From: Octopus vulgaris
Lineage: Eukaryota
Direction: 5' to 3'
Length of the DNA stretch: 64,000 nt
Assembly: GCA_951406725.2 (NCBI GenBank)
Contig: OX597829.1
Location: 45,632,001-45,696,000, forward strand
A program made the position numbers and the translations under genes. Position 1 is the stretch's first letter; every line of letters begins with the position of its first letter. Below the pieces are notes generated by a model that saw only the letters and a program-made list of their open reading frames with translations, was not told the DNA's origin and did no database searches. Positions 51,137-63,154 of this stretch are shown here, one piece after another.

Positions 51137-51780
51137 GTGGTTGGCATTAGGAAGGGCATTCAGCTGGTGCTTGTGCGATGTTTAAAGCACCCAGTACATG
51201 TACGCTCTGTAATGTGGTTGGCATTAGGAAGGGCATTCAGCTGGTGCTTGTGCCATGTTTAAAGCACCCAGTACATTTATGCTCTGTAATGTGGTTGGCA
51301 TTAGGAAGGGCATTCAGCTGGTGCTTGTGCCATGTTTAAAGCACCCAGTACATTTATGCTCTGTAATGTGGTTGGCATTAGGAAGGGCATTCAGCTGGTG
51401 CTTGTGCCATGTTTAAAGCACCCAGTACATTTATGCTCTGTAATGTGGTTGGCATTAGGAAGGGCATTCAGCTGGTGCTTGTGCGATGTTTAAAGCACCC
51501 AGTACATTTATGCTCTGTAATGTGGTTGGCATTAGGAAGGGCATTCAGCTGGTGCTTGTGCCATGTTTAAAGCACCCAGTACATTTATGCTCTGTAATGT
51601 GGTTGGCATTAGGAAGGGCATTCAGCTGGTGCTTGTGCGATGTTTAAAGCACCCAGTACATTTATGCTCTGTAATGTGGTTGGCATTAGGAAGGGCATTC
51701 AGCTGGTGCTTGTGCCATGTTTAAAGCACCCAGTACATGTACGCTCTGTTATGTGGTTGGCATTAGGAAGGGCATCTAGC
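51137..51780 (+). repeat. 77-bp minisatellite, 8 full units plus a partial, inside a family C element (51100-51903)
   Basis: GTGGTTGGCATTAGGAAGGGCAT starts at 51137, 51214, 51291 ... 51753. Confidence 0.95.
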
Positions 51781-52850
51781 CAGAAAATCTATTCCAAAAC
51801 AAGCCTGTGGTGCTCGGTGTAGACCTCTATCTTGCCAGCTTCTCTCAAACCGTCCAACCCATGCCAGCATAGAAAATGGATGTTAAATGATGATGGTGAT
51901 GATACCTGACCCCATACCTTCACAACACACACACACACACACACAGTATCACACACTCGCACATATACATATATACGTATATGTATAAAACACATAAGGC
52001 TATGATTTGGTGAGATTTGTCTGTAATTTCTAGTGGGTCTGGTGACACATAGAGGCTTCCCGCTTTGGTTCATCACAACATTAATGATGGTGAATGACAA
52101 AAACAAGAGTACTGACTGGCCAAGCTTTTCAGTCTCCCGTGTGAAATGTGTTATTACCAGCCATTCTGCCGTATGTAAGGCTACTGTATACTTAACTCAT
52201 GATAGCTGTGAGAACTCATTTGAAAACAGGTACAAGTCAATGAAGAAACCTCTGCTTCATGCATGGACAACCTTTATTTATTCATCTGTTTATTTATTTA
52301 TTTATTTAACTACCTATTTATTATTTTTTTTTAGCTGCATACCTTGTGTGTTACTGTTTATCATAAACTGGGCCATATAAACAAAAAGAAAAAAAAAATA
52401 ATCATTTACTGACAAAATAAAAAACATGTAGTTCAAAACACACCATATTCATTGCTTTAAAGAAATCATTAAAAATGACTATATGGGAATGACAGAGAAA
52501 GAGAGAAGGAAAGGTATACTGTTTACCTACATCACCTTACTGGCACTTGTGCTTGTGGCATGTGAAAAAACATTTGAACGAGGTCGTTGCCAGTGCTGCT
52601 GGACTGGTTCCTGTGAAGGTGGCACATAAAAAGCACCATTTGAGCGTGGCTGCTGCCAGTACCACCTGACTGGCCCCCCGTGCTGGTGGCATGTAAAAGC
52701 ACCCACTACACTCTTGGAATGGTTGGCGTTAGGAAGGGCATCCAGCTGTAGAAACTCTGACAGATCAGATTAGAGCCTAGTGCAGCCATCTTGTTCACCA
52801 GACCTCAGTCAAATCGTCCAACCCATGCTAGCATGGAAAGCGGACGTTAA

Positions 52851-53071
52851 CCCTTTCATTACTGTATTTATTTTGAGATGCTCTGTGTTTCTTTCAATCA
52901 ATTTTAAATATAACAAAGAATTTAGTAAAATAACTTAGTCATCATTCAGCTAGCATTAGGAACATAAATTATGACTAAGGTTTGGTTGAAGATTTTAATT
53001 CAAAACTTATGAAAACAAGACATTTGTACTCAGAGCCAGAGCCGGTTTCAGCTGGGTTGGTAATGAAAGGG
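52851..53071. mobile_element. TTAA MITE inserted in the TTAA of a family C tail (52530-53090)
   Basis: GGACG-TTAA|CCCTTTCATTAC...GTAATGAAAGGG|TTAA-ACAATGATGATG. Confidence 0.9.
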
Positions 53072-53245
53072 TTAAACAATGATGATGATACCTATAGATT
53101 ATGTTACAAAAATTTTAATAAACAGCTATTATGGCTATACAAACATGACATTGTCTGTGACGTGCAAAACAGTTTTTCAGTTGTAACAGGTTGCTTTCTA
53201 CAAATAGCCATGAAATATCCTTGAAATTTTACCCAACCATCTTAA

Positions 53246-53460
53246 CCCTTTAGCATTCACATTATTCTGCCAAATGTCATGCTTATTTATTCTTTGGAAT
53301 TAATTTATTATCTCATCGCTTCAAGGTTTCAATGATGTGATTGTTGATTTTTGTAGAATGATATTGTAGGGTAACTGTGAGAGGCAGGACCTGGCCAGTT
53401 TGAACATAAAACAAGTAGAATATTTGGGATAGATATATGGCCAGTTTAAATCCTAAAAGG
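53246..53460. mobile_element. second TTAA MITE family
   Basis: TTAA|CCCTTTAGCATT...AATCCTAAAAGG|TTAA. Confidence 0.85.
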
Positions 53461-53694
53461 TTAAAAGGAGCCCTTTGTCAGCCATAGTTAACTCTTTTTC
53501 TGCACATTTACATGCAGCATGGGAAGCAAGAATATTTTAAGTAAGACTAATGCATGCAGGTGTCCTCAATCAATGCATCCAAGTGAAAGGCCCCTGAAAT
53601 GGACTGACACTTCTTGGAACCAATATGGTTGCAAGCATTGCTGTCGAGATACATAGAGCTATAACAGTTACTACAAGACATTTTGCCTGACCCT

Positions 53695-54030
53695 TTAAGG
53701 GTAAAGGGTAAAGACCTCCTTTGGCCATGAATGGTCGTGGGATTGCACCTAGAAGGTTCCCCTCAGAGGCACAAGTCTGAGAAAGGTTGTTTATGGAAGA
53801 CCAGCAGTCACCCCTGTTCACATCACTGATGTTATCCAAGGGAAAGGCAAAGGTTGATACAGCTTGGGAACCAATGATGCCACAACTCATTTCTACAGAT
53901 GAATGAACAAGAGCAACGTGAAAATAAAGTGACTTACTCAAAGAACACAACACACAGCCCAGTTCAAGAATCGAACTCACAACCTCATGATTGTGAGCCT
54001 GATGCCCTAACCATTGAGCCATCCACCTTC
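53695..54030 (-). mobile_element. SINE family D
   Basis: Reverse TGGCTCAATGGTTAGG...GAGTTCGATTC; homologous to 56462 and 62484. Confidence 0.8.
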
Positions 54031-54645
54031 ACCTCTAACACTTTTGCTAGTCCACTGCCTCAGACTATTCTTCATCCTTTCAGGTTGATATATACAAATA
54101 CCAATTTGATCTTGTAGGGATTTAAACAGTGACTGTAGGGGATCAGAGCAAATACTGCAAGGCATTCTATCCAATGCTATAATGACCAAAAATACTGGAT
54201 GTTCTTATCCTTTTTGTCAGAAGAGCCCACGGTCATCTGCAGCAGTGGTCCTCAACTGGAGTCCATATGACTTTTGGGGGTCCATATAAGATTTAGTTGT
54301 TCAAAGTTATGTGCAATAAATTGGTTATACTTATACAATAGGCAAAGGCATGGCTGTGTAGTAAGAAGCATTGCGTGGCACCTTGGGCAAGTGTTTTCTA
54401 CTATAGACTCAGGTCGACCAAAATCTTGTGAGTGAATTTTGTAGATGGAAACTGAAAGAAACCTGTTGTGTATGTATGCATGTATGTGTGTATGCATGTA
54501 TATATATGTGTGTGTGTGTATGTATATATCTATGCATGCGTGTTTGTCTCCCACTACTGCTTGACAACTGGTGCTGGTGTGTTTACATCCCCATAACTTC
54601 AGGCCTTGTGCCGATAGTAGAAAGGATCATCATTATTATTATTAT

Positions 54646-54948
54646 TTATTCTTTTTATCTGAGACTTTGTTGGAACTCCTGGAGTCTTGCATATGTAGCA
54701 GGCTTGCTACCTCCAGCCTATGGTACCATGCAATCTGTTCTTTTTGACTATCTAATACTTTCCTGATTATTCTGGCTGTGCCAAGGAGGCAAACCTTTTG
54801 TAACAGCTCTACTAGGCACTCTATTCTGATTTCCATTATATTCCTCTTGATGAGTTCTGGTACTGTCCCCAAAGATTCAACAATAATTGGCACTATCTTC
54901 ACCTCCTTCATTTTCCATTGCCAGGCTATTTCATACTTAAGAGGATTT
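54646..54948 (-). mobile_element. R4/Dong-clade LINE 3' fragment (restriction-like endonuclease C-terminus)
   Basis: LKYEIAWQWKMKEVKIVPIIVESLGTVP...LLQKVCLLGTARIIRKVL; ends in (TAA)n. Confidence 0.8.
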
Positions 54949-55043
54949 TATATATGATGGTGATATATATATATATATATATATATATGCCTTCCTTCTT
55001 GACTATTTGTGGGTCAAAGGGGCACACAACATCAAGTGTATAG

Positions 55044-55076
<33 letters not shown>

Positions 55077-55077
55077 G

Positions 55078-55570
55078 ACATCGCACAGTATACAATATCA
55101 TGAGGTTGGTCAAGTTACAACAAGAACCTCAGACAGATAGTACTTTATGCAATATGAGTGCAGTTCCAAATAATGCCAACTTTTGTAATACATCTAGATT
55201 GTAGAGTATTTCTAAAGTTTGCAGATGCTTTTTCAGGTTGGGTGGTTTTGAACCCAATGCTCCGATGGCAATAGGGATAACCTTTGACTCTTGTAGCTGC
55301 CACATTCTTAACAATCTCAATTCTCAGGTCTCCGTATTTATCAGTCTTTTCTCATTCTTTCATGATGATATGTTGATCTCCTGGCACTGCCACATCGATT
55401 ATTAGGCACTCTTGTTTGTCCCTCCTAAAGGTTATTACATCTGGCCTTTGGTGCTCTAACACCTTGTCCATCTGGAAGTCAAAGTCCCAGAGGATTTTTG
55501 CCTTCCCCTTATGTCCATTACCTTTTCCAGTGCATGTTGGTACCATGCATCCATAACCTCATATCCATAT
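55078..55570 (-). mobile_element. R4/Dong-clade LINE 3' fragment, frameshifted
   Basis: KILWDFDFQMDKVLEHQRPDV...LIIDVAVPGD...KVIPIAIGALG...LQKLALFGTALILHKVL (PD..D RLE motif); (TAA)n on both sides. Confidence 0.88.
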
Positions 55571-56461
55571 TTATTATTATTATTATTGGTAGTGGTGGTG
55601 TTAGAAAGGGCAACTAAAGGAGTTAGTATAAGGAAGGGTACCCAGATGTGAACATTACCTTAAAAATACTATTCAATCTATGTCTGTATGGCATAATGGA
55701 CATGATGATGATATATATGTTTTATATGTTGGATCTGGAAAAAGAGGTGGTGCTTTTGACCATTGTGGGTTCTCTTAGACCATTGAGACTGATGCCATTA
55801 ATACCCCTCTTGAACTCTTCCTTGCAAGTCAACATCTGCATAAAAGTCATGTGCAGGGAAGGAATACCCAAGGGTTGATGTTTTGGAGAGAAAGGATTTG
55901 GATTAATAATTCAGTGTTGGGTCTGAGGAGAGGAGATGGTGAGAGGAGATGAGAAAAGATGAGTGGATCAAGAATAGCTGAGTGGAGGTGGCATGAGCTC
56001 AACCATCTCTGAGAAGCATGGGCCATTATAGTAGTGGTTGAAAAAGCAGAGAGAGGAGGCAGTGCATATGTAGGCTAGAGGGTGGAACATGTTTGTGAGT
56101 AACTTTAAACCATTCAGTCGAGTAGCTCTTTTCTAGATGTAGTCTAGTGTGATTTTTGGAGAACTGGCTACTATTTCTAGCTTGTTTTGAGCATCTTCCT
56201 AACCGCAGACAGAACATTCAGAGTGTGTTCAAACTGAAAGCCACATTTGTGTGTATTAACTATCCATGGTAATAATTTAATAAATTTGTTATTTGTTATG
56301 TAAAATCTGAATACATTGATAGTCAGGCCAAGCTGTTACAACTAATCATTTGTTGGAATTGCTTTAAAATACATAACAAAAAATGTTCACTGTTGTTAAC
56401 TGTGCTAATACATTGTACAGATAAATTTGGTCTCACACACACACACACATGTGCCAGTGAA

Positions 56462-56795
56462 AGTGCATGGCTCAGTGGTTAGAGCGTCAGGCTCAAAGTC
56501 ATGAGATAGCGAGTTTGATTCCTGGACCGGGCTGCGTGTTGTGTTCTTGAGCAAGACACTTTATTTCACGTTGCTCCAGTTCACTCAGCTGTAGAAATTA
56601 GTTGCGACATCACTGGTGCCAAGCTGTATCAGCCTTTGCCTTTCCCATGGATAGCATCAGTGGTGTGGAGAGATGAGGCTGGTATGCATGGGTGACTGTT
56701 GGCCTTCCACAAGCAACCTTGCCCGGACTTGTGCCTCAGAGGGGAACCTTCTAGGAGCAATCCCATGGCCAAAAATACTGAAGGGGATCTTTCCC
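56462..56795 (+). mobile_element. SINE family D
   Basis: TGGCTCAGTGGTTAGAGCG...TTCTTGAGCAAGACACTTTATTTCACGTTGCTCCAG. Confidence 0.85.
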
Positions 56796-57004
56796 CCAAC
56801 CCCATACAACTCAACACAATGATTACAGGAGGCAAAAAAGAGTATATATTTCCGTCATTCAATCTGCTAAAAGTAGCAGTCAGATTTCCTTCAAATCACA
56901 CACTTACATCTCAAAGATGAGAAGGCATTAATGCAGTCCAAAATATATGCTCTGTGTGAATAAAAAGAAGGAATAGTCATGAATTAATTACCCTTGATCA
57001 GTTG

Positions 57005-57226
57005 TTAGTTGTCAGAGTACTGCATCCTTCAAAACTTCCATGCTTCTTGAGATTTGCCAACACTACACCTGATTTTCTCCCCTCCATACACATACAAGCA
57101 TGTATCTGACTCATACACTGTTCGCTTCCCAGACATTTGTACATTACTGCATATACTTTATACACACTTTTGACAAGTTGTGGTGTACCTGAGCACTGTA
57201 TACAATAATTTCATTATTATTATTAT
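57005..57226 (+). mobile_element. LINE 3' end with (ATT)n tail
   Basis: ...ASFKTSMLLEICQHYT* then a 3' UTR and an (ATT)n tail. Confidence 0.5.
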
Positions 57227-57504
57227 ATGAATGATATAAAGTCAAACAGCAATAAAATAAACACTTGCAATATACACGCAAATGCATGCATGCACACACA
57301 CATTATAGTCCCGAAGGGTCACTGCTCCAACATGGCCTCACACGAGATGGATAAATAATATCGAAAAGCTAAAGGACATCGAAATACATATGCAACATAC
57401 ACATACACTACATTATTCATATGCAACACACACACACATGCATACTAAACATACACATCAACATCATATACCATACACACAAACACGCAGCATATGCCTT
57501 ATGC

Positions 57505-58226
57505 CAGAAGTTCTCAACAACTTTTCATTTACGGACCCTCTTTTGGTTCCTATTTTGTTTCGTTGGATCCTCACAGCCATTCAATGATTAAAGAATTCTA
57601 TTATAGTTTTAGAATTAAATATTATTGGGAATTGCTCTTTTACTCTTTTACTTGTTTCAGTCATTTGACTGTGGCCATGCTGGAGCACCACATTTAGTTG
57701 AGCAAATCGACCACAGGATTTATTTTTTGTAAGCCTGGTACTTATTCTATTGGTCTCTTTTGCCGAACTGCTAAGTTACAGGGATGTAAACACACCAGCT
57801 TCAGTTGTCAAGTGATGTTGGGGGGACAAACATACACACACACATATATATATAGATACATATATACGATGGGCTTCTTTATACGATCGGTTGTCAAGCA
57901 ATGCTAGGGGGACAAACACAGACACACAAACACACAAGTACATACATATATATATATACATATATACGGCGGGCTTCTTTCAGTTTCCGTCTACCAAATC
58001 CACTCACAAGGCTTTGGCCGACCCGAGGCTATAGTAGAAGACACTTGCCCAATGTGGGATTGAACCCTGAACCATGTGGTTGGTAAACAAGCTACTTACC
58101 ACACAGCCACTCCTGCACCTATTGTTTAAAAAAATTTAAAAAATCTCGTGTATTCTAGAAGTACAACCAGTTAATTGTATATAAATTTTAGCAACAAAAT
58201 ATGTTGACAATGGTTAAGAACCATTG
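57505..58226. mobile_element. hAT MITE interrupted by SINE A (about 57635-58120, -)
   Basis: Ends CAGAAGTTCTCAAC / GTTAAGAACCATTG; TSD CCTTATGC/CCTTATAT. Confidence 0.75.
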
Positions 58227-59035
58227 CCTTATATGAACACAATACAACATATCTTTCTCTCTGACTTTGTGTGCCATGATATTATTACAAGTATTAACAA
58301 TCATATGCTTCCATACCAAAGTCTGAAGGTTCATGATTTTCTTTTGGGAAAATAATAGTTTACCATAACATTCTGCTAGTTTATTCATAGTATACTTTGC
58401 TGGTCTCCTGTTCTTCTTAATTTACTCTTAAGACAATGGCCCTTTTAACCCTTAAGTACAGGGACTAGTTCATGTGATATCAGGGCATATTCATACACAG
58501 TGGGCCTGTGTGGGAGATGTCTATAGGTCAGCCCTTTTTCTGAGTCCTGTATGTCTTAACTAGGGCTGTTATCTATGAGTTGATAATTAGCTGGAATCCT
58601 TGAGTGGTACAATTACCTTGGGTTTGATCAGATGATGCTGTAGTGTTGACTAAGGGGTAATTTTATACTCCCCCAAAACTCCTCATCACTGGCTGCAGTT
58701 TAATATATATTGTCCAGCATAACTACACTATATCATCATTATCATCATTGTCATCATCATCATTGATATATGTATGCAAGCACTATATATAAACAATATA
58801 CACAAGATACATACAAAACATACTCTTATGCAACAGACACAACTAACATTTACACACAGACTCAGACACACATTCACGCATTCACCCACATGTGCACGCA
58901 CACACACACACTGAAAACATACACAATATACACAATACAGCACACTGTAGGACCACCTGGGAACCTTAACACTATGCTTTGCAGCTCCTACTGATCATTC
59001 CCCACCCCCTTTTTCTTTCCATACTAGATGCAAGT

Positions 59036-59486
59036 CCTAGACCAGGACTGCCATGTTATGTTGGCAAACAATCTTTACTACAAAGTACCGTTGCTGAATA
59101 TTTCATGTTGTGAGATTTAAAAATAGTAATTTTCTAATTTATAAATCAGTGACTAGTTGTCACTGTGAAAACTATATATTTCAAATGGGAATTTGGTAGC
59201 GCCACTTCTAGCTGAACAATTATTCTGTGCTGATGAAGAGAAATAACCCAGAAATCACGATACACAGATATTATTTTGAGCTGATTGGGGGTGCTAGATA
59301 CTCTTGTTCGAAAATATAAGGACACAGATCGTGTCGTATAGCCAGCTGCAGACGATGTCTCCTGGGGCTAAATCACAGCAACATTTGTCCTAAACCAGGA
59401 CTGCCATGTTATGTTGGCAAATAATCTTTACTACAAAGTACTGTTGCTGAATATATCATGTTGTGAGATTTAAAAATAGTAATTTT
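59036..59486 (+). mobile_element. retrozyme-like element: 353-nt unit with about 100-nt terminal redundancy, internal hammerhead (59224-59268) and TSD
   Basis: 59034-59136 repeated at 59387-59489; CTAGATGCAAGT at 59024 and 59487; TCTGTG-CTGATGA-agagaaataaccca-GAAA-TCACGA-TA-CACAGA. Confidence 0.72.
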
Positions 59487-59987
59487 CTAGATGCAAGTAG
59501 CCATGCAAATTCTGTTGCAGGAACATACCCTGCCTCCCTCCTCCTCTCTCTCTCTCTTTCTCTCTCATAGTAATCCCCTCTTCCCCTGGAATCAAACTGA
59601 CACCCAACCCATCTCTCATCTGCCCCAGGATTTGTAGTCCTGCAAACTGTAGGTGGCATGGAAAAAGCACCTAGCCCTTACAATTAAGTGGTTGGCATAG
59701 GAAGGGCATCTAGCTGTGAAAACCTTGCCAAAGCTGACATCAGAGCTCAATGCAGTCTTTGGAAACATCAAATCCTGTCAAGCCTTCTAACCCATGCCAG
59801 CATGAAACATGGACATTAAATGATGATGATGATGACAGCTCTGCTGTACACCTCACTCAAAATAGCATTAAAAGAAACACAATGTACACATAAACCCACA
59901 TATAAAGAAATGTTTAGATGATCATTACATGTTCTTCAATAATATTGCTTCTAATAAATGCTTTTTTTTTTTTCAATCTTTAATTAG

Positions 59988-60073
59988 ATTTACAGGAAGT
60001 TGAATCAGCAGAAGGACGACTTGAATTTCTGGTGTACCTCAGTGATAATGAACAAGAAAACAAGTCAATTCAG
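59988..60073 (+). CDS. internal coding exon (86 nt, phase 1/0): (N)LQEVESAEGRLEFLVYLSDNEQENKSIQ
   Basis: Poly-T tract then TAATTAG acceptor, CAG|GTAATA donor; in frame after exon 50119-50262. Confidence 0.8.
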
Positions 60074-60511
60074 GTAATATTTTTCTTGAAGACATTGTTG
60101 GCAATCCCTTGAGGGTTGAAGATGTTTGTCCACCATATTTAACATTTATTGATATCTGTGTGTATGTGAGTGCATAGGCCAATGGATCCATGAGTCTGAT
60201 TGCTAACTGAGTAGATTATTTTTTGTATCCTTGGTAATGATAGGCTGTGTACTGGTAACTTTGTGCTGTGTTTTATGTTCTTGCTTAACACTGAATTGTG
60301 TGGTCGGGTTTACGTTCAGATTTTTTTCAGCTCCTTCATAGATGTTTTGTCTCTATTATGCAAATTAAGATTTGAAAATCAATTAAGACTGTTCATCATT
60401 TTTATGGATAAACAGCTAAATTAGTCTTATCTTTAAAGGTACTATATAGCTTTCATATATCTAACAGCAAAACATGTACAATCAAATGACAGGTGGTGTT
60501 CTCACTGTGAT

Positions 60512-60545
<34 letters not shown>

Positions 60546-60953
60546 GGTGCAGGAGTGGCTGTGTGGTAAGTAGCTTGTTTACCAATCACATGGTTCCAGG
60601 TTCAGTCCCACTGCGTGGCACCTTGGGCAAGTGTCTTCTACTGTAGCCTCGGGCCGACCAAAGCCTTGAGAGTGGATTTGGTAGACAGAAACTGAAAGAA
60701 GCCCGTCGTATATATGTATATATATATATATATATATGCCTGTATGTATGTTTGTGTGTCTGTGTTTGTCCCCCTAGCACTGCTTGACAACCGATGCTGG
60801 TGTGCTTACGTCCCCGTCACTTAGCGGTTCGGCAAAAGAGACCGATAGAATAAGTACTGGGCTTACAAAAGAATAAGTCCCGGGGTCGAGTTGTTCGACT
60901 AAAGGCGGTGCTCCAGCATGGCCGCAGTCAAATGACTGAAACAAGTAAAAGAG
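60546..60953 (+). mobile_element. SINE family A, young full-length copy in (TA)n
   Basis: Near-identical to the 17350 copy. Confidence 0.92.
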
Positions 60954-61055
60954 TATATATATATATGTATATATATATACATACATACAAAATGATATAA
61001 GTATGTATATAGATATGTATATGGATCTATATTTATGTATATGTACATATATGTT

Positions 61056-61109
<54 letters not shown>

Positions 61110-61700
61110 CACATGTTGGGCTTTGCCAATAGCATGTTCTCACAGTTAGCCACTTGCTTAAATAAAATTTGTCACGACGCATATATAGGAAAACTGTGAA
61201 TAAACATTTACTGGTGTTGTAAAATAGTGGCTTGGTTGGTTGAATAAAAATCCATAATAGACAACAGGAGGTGGCAATAATAGCCATCTGGTATTCTCAC
61301 TAAACTGCTGCTGAGATGCTTTTCGTTTCCTTCTCATATCTTGTGTTTATGAACATTGCATTCCTGTAAGAGCAATAAGAGATAGGTAATGCTTCTAATT
61401 TATGCTAAGGACCAAAAATTTTGAGGGGTGGGGTGTTAGTCGATACTATCAATATCAGAATTTGACTGATACTTTATTGACTCAGAATGAAAGAAATAAT
61501 AATAACAATAATCATCATCATCATCGTTTAACGTCTGTTTTCCATGCTAGCATGGGTTGGACGGTTCAACTGGGTCTGGGAAGCCAGTCTGATCTGGCAG
61601 TGTTTCTACAGCTGGATGCCCTTCCTAACGTGAGTGTAGTGGGTGATTTTTATGTACCACCTGCACAGGGGCCAGACGAGGCTGGCAACGGCCACAATCG

Positions 61701-61730
<30 letters not shown>

Positions 61731-61732
<2 letters not shown>

Positions 61733-62087
61733 CAAGGGCACTCAGAGAGCACACCTCTGCCAAAGCAACACCAATGTCCTCTCAATGATTAGCCAGAGAT
61801 AATTTTTTTAAATGAGAATATCTGAAATAAACTCGACTGCTCTCACAAACGAGAATATTAAAAATGAATCCGGCTGCTTTCAAAATTTAAGTGAAAAAAC
61901 AGGAAAAAATAATCCAGAATCCTTGTCTGGTTCTGGATTGATCCCAAAATCTAATCAGTTCGTACTAGTTGCGAGGCCAAACATCCCTGAAAGTTTCATG
62001 TGAATCCATCCAGCGGTTCTTGAGATATCTTGTCCACGGATAAACAAACACAACTGCAAACAATACTTCCGCCTTTGCTAAGGTGGA

Positions 62088-62090
<3 letters not shown>
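61731..62090 (+). mobile_element. Helentron-associated (HINE-like) element in (AAT)n
   Basis: Homologous to 29616-29977; 3' palindrome TCCGCCTTTGCTAAGGTGGA. Confidence 0.65.
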
Positions 62091-62126
<36 letters not shown>

Positions 62127-62483
62127 GACAATCCTTTTTAGTATAGGCACGGTTGCTAGTCAATTATACTGACCCCTGTGCTCATTGGTACTTATTTTAT
62201 TAACCTTCAAAAAGGATAAAAGGCAAAATCAACTTTGGAAGAATTTGAACTCAGAACATGAAGCTGTAAGAAATACTGCGAAGCATTCTGTTTGGCATCC
62301 TAACAACTCTTGCAACAAGCTGCCTTAGTAATAATTATAAAGAAAATAATTATAATGATCATTTATATTATAAGCACAAGACAACTAACATTGGCTTGGC
62401 GATGCCAAGCTGTCTTGCTTGGTCTGTGACATTCAGATGTTCTTTAACACTTAGCGTTGTGTAAGGAGCTTTCCTCAGACACT

Positions 62484-62815
62484 GAAGAGGCCCCCTTCGG
62501 TCATGACTGACCATGGGATTGCACCTAGAAAGTTACCCTCCGAGGCACAAGTCTGGGCAAGGTTGTTTGTGGAAGACCAGCAATTGCCCATGCATATCGG
62601 CCTTCCCTCTAATGTTATCCAAGGGAAAGGCAAAGTGGCCAATACAGCTTGGTAACAGTGACATCGCAACTCATTTCTACAGCTGAGTTAACTGGAGCAA
62701 CCTCAAATAAAGTGTCTTGCTCAAGAACACAACATGCAGCCCGGTCTGGAAATCGAACTTACAACCTCATGATCGTAAGCTTGACGCTCTAACCACTGAG
62801 CCATGCTCCTTCACT
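62484..62815 (-). mobile_element. SINE family D
   Basis: TSD CTCAGACACT at 62474 and 62816. Confidence 0.85.
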
Positions 62816-63073
62816 CTCAGACACTATTCCACAGACAATATTCCTCAGACACACCCTCAGACACTATTCTGCAGCAAATTTGGTGTATGAACAAAATACA
62901 TACACTATATATGTGCAACCGATAATGTTTACATTAATAGAGCTGCTTTTAATTTGCAATTTACTTAAACCATATATATTTTATGTCTGCTTTTTTTTTT
63001 TACCTTTTTAAAATGTTTATCTTTAACCTACATATATTAATTAAGTGAGATTGTCTGTAATGAACCAACTCAC

Positions 63074-63154
63074 CTTTGAATGTATTAAACGATTGTTTCT
63101 GACATTCATTCTTGCATAATATGTGACCAAATCAACCGATTGCGGATTAAGCAT
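63074..63154 (-). CDS. possible first coding exon MLNPQSVDLVTYYARMNVRNNRLIHSK (phase 0)
   Basis: Reverse strand ATCAAAATG start context, AAG|GTGAGT donor, 27 open codons. Confidence 0.3.

Noticed and set aside
51137-51780. CRISPR-like regular array
   Set aside because: Units are contiguous with no unique spacers, there are no cas genes and the context is eukaryotic.
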